Positions 63,499 to 64,000 of a DNA stretch of 64,000 nucleotides are shown piece by piece. A model generated the notes under the pieces. That model saw only the letters and a list, made by a program, of their open reading frames with translations. It had not been told where the DNA came from and did not search any database. Made by a program: the position numbers and the translations under genes. The stretch is from Phoronis australis (lineage: Eukaryota > Animalia > Phoronida). Numbering within the stretch: position 1 is the stretch's first letter; each line of letters starts with the position of its first letter. The DNA is taken from NCBI GenBank assembly GCA_002633005.1, contig NMRA01000002.1:951278-1015277 (forward strand), in the 5' to 3' direction.

Positions 63499-63661
63499 CA
63501 GGGACGGATCCAGGATTTGAGTTAGGGAAGGCCATGGCAGAGTATTAGCCAGAAGTTTGCCCTTCAGACATTCGCATCCCCGAACTGCCAAATGGAATCT
63601 GGGAAAATTTTAGGGGGGCATGGCCCCCTTGCCCCCCCCCCCCCCCTTAAATCCGTCACTG
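63499..63661 (+). mobile_element. 163-bp non-autonomous element with CAG...CTG termini (hAT-like ends)
   Basis: cagggacggat ... atccgtcactg TIR; internally deleted relative of 53879-54131; no TSD found. Confidence 0.75.
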
Positions 63662-64000
63662 CTACTGAGCAATACCTTCCTGATTCTATGAAGTCTCGTA
63701 TGGTTGTGTGACTCTCTCTAGATAACAAGGCGTGAAATAAAATGCTAAAACCACCCAAAATACTTTTCAGGCACATTCCCAGACTGTATCTTCAAAATAC
63801 AAACCGATGCATGCACGCTGATATCCAGACACGGATTTCTCTCAACAGTTTCTGTTAGTTTGAGGCTTGAAAAACCCAGAGCTGTGTTTCGTAGACGCAA
63901 GAAACACAGGAAAACGGAAGATCGTGCAAGTTTTAGCGAGATGTGGCCGTGAATTATGAGCAAAGCACGTGGCCCATACTGACTTTTCACGAGTGTTTTA

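Noticed and set aside
150-63990. Remaining 60-140 aa ORFs in the track
   Set aside because: No recognisable domains; many use non-ATG starts, overlap repeats or are antisense shadows of real exons.

Overview
This is AT-rich eukaryotic genomic DNA, probably from an invertebrate animal, in a draft assembly. It has one 342-N gap and five single-N joins; three of those joins are flanked by near-identical duplicated contig ends. Two spliced protein-coding genes face each other tail-to-tail. (1) A rhodopsin-class peptide GPCR on + has coding exons 2355-2724, 22589-22992 and a probable last exon at 29649-29764; its TM6-TM7 exon(s) are not visible and probably lie in the gap. (2) A complete NDNF/Nord homologue on - has coding exons 40506-40334, 39465-39362 and 38482-37200 (519 aa). 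The rest is intron or intergenic DNA rich in MITEs, SINE fragments and transposon fossils: a TTAA-flanked Kolobok-like element, THAP, RecQ-like and Cys-rich fragments, and Penelope-like remnants with minimal hammerhead-like motifs. The best lead is the peptide GPCR next to NDNF, which resembles the QRFPR-NDNF linkage of vertebrates. I found no prokaryotic systems, CRISPR arrays, intact tRNA or rRNA, and cannot claim a wholly new system. All analysis was by eye; no searches were run.
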